DNA of 64,000 nucleotides, from NCBI GenBank assembly GCA_977017645.1, contig OZ360234.1, forward strand, positions 71,920,001 to 71,984,000. The letters run 5' to 3'. The translations under genes and the position numbers were made by a program. Every line of letters begins with the position of its first letter. The stretch's first letter is position 1. Below are positions 63,817 through 64,000 of the stretch, in pieces. The notes below the pieces were generated by a model. It was not told where the DNA came from. It ran no database searches and saw only the letters and a list, made by a program, of their open reading frames with translations. This DNA is from Torpedo marmorata. Its lineage: Eukaryota.

Positions 63817-64000
63817 ATGTACTCTGACAATAAATCTGAAATCTAGCAATATTTATGTGTTTTAATATTTCTTATTCTGTCCGATGATTCCTTGATTGGC
63901 TACATTGGGGATTTAGTTGGCCTGAGTGCATGCTTTAACAGATCCAAAAATTTGAACATTCCTTCATAACCATGGTACAAAGATACGGTAATGTTTTGGG

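Overview
Eukaryotic, repeat-rich vertebrate DNA. The repeat families (HE1/V-SINE-like SINEs, CR1/HER1-like LINEs, Rex1/Babar LINEs, Penelope fragments) point to a cartilaginous fish (inference). The only protein-coding gene I can support is the middle-to-3' part of AFF2 (FMR2, AF4/FMR2 family) on the minus strand. Eight exons with canonical GT-AG sites and chaining phases were read by eye: 33468-33633, 28854-29846, 24808-24932, 20546-20762, 13953-14080, 9414-9477, 9106-9242 and 2908-2979. The gene continues beyond both window ends, and everything else is intronic. The introns contain truncated LINEs, SINEs, two solo LTRs, several MITEs (hAT, Tc1/pogo, Harbinger-like), minisatellites including a ~2.1 kb 26/28-bp array with a 766-bp higher-order duplication, and two N-gaps. 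The most unusual signal is a dispersed Penelope-derived short element carrying a minimal hammerhead-ribozyme-like motif (about 12 copies), some arranged as TSD-flanked inverted hairpins, one of them beside an AFF2 exon. Repeat family names come from pattern recognition rather than database searches, and repeat boundaries are approximate.
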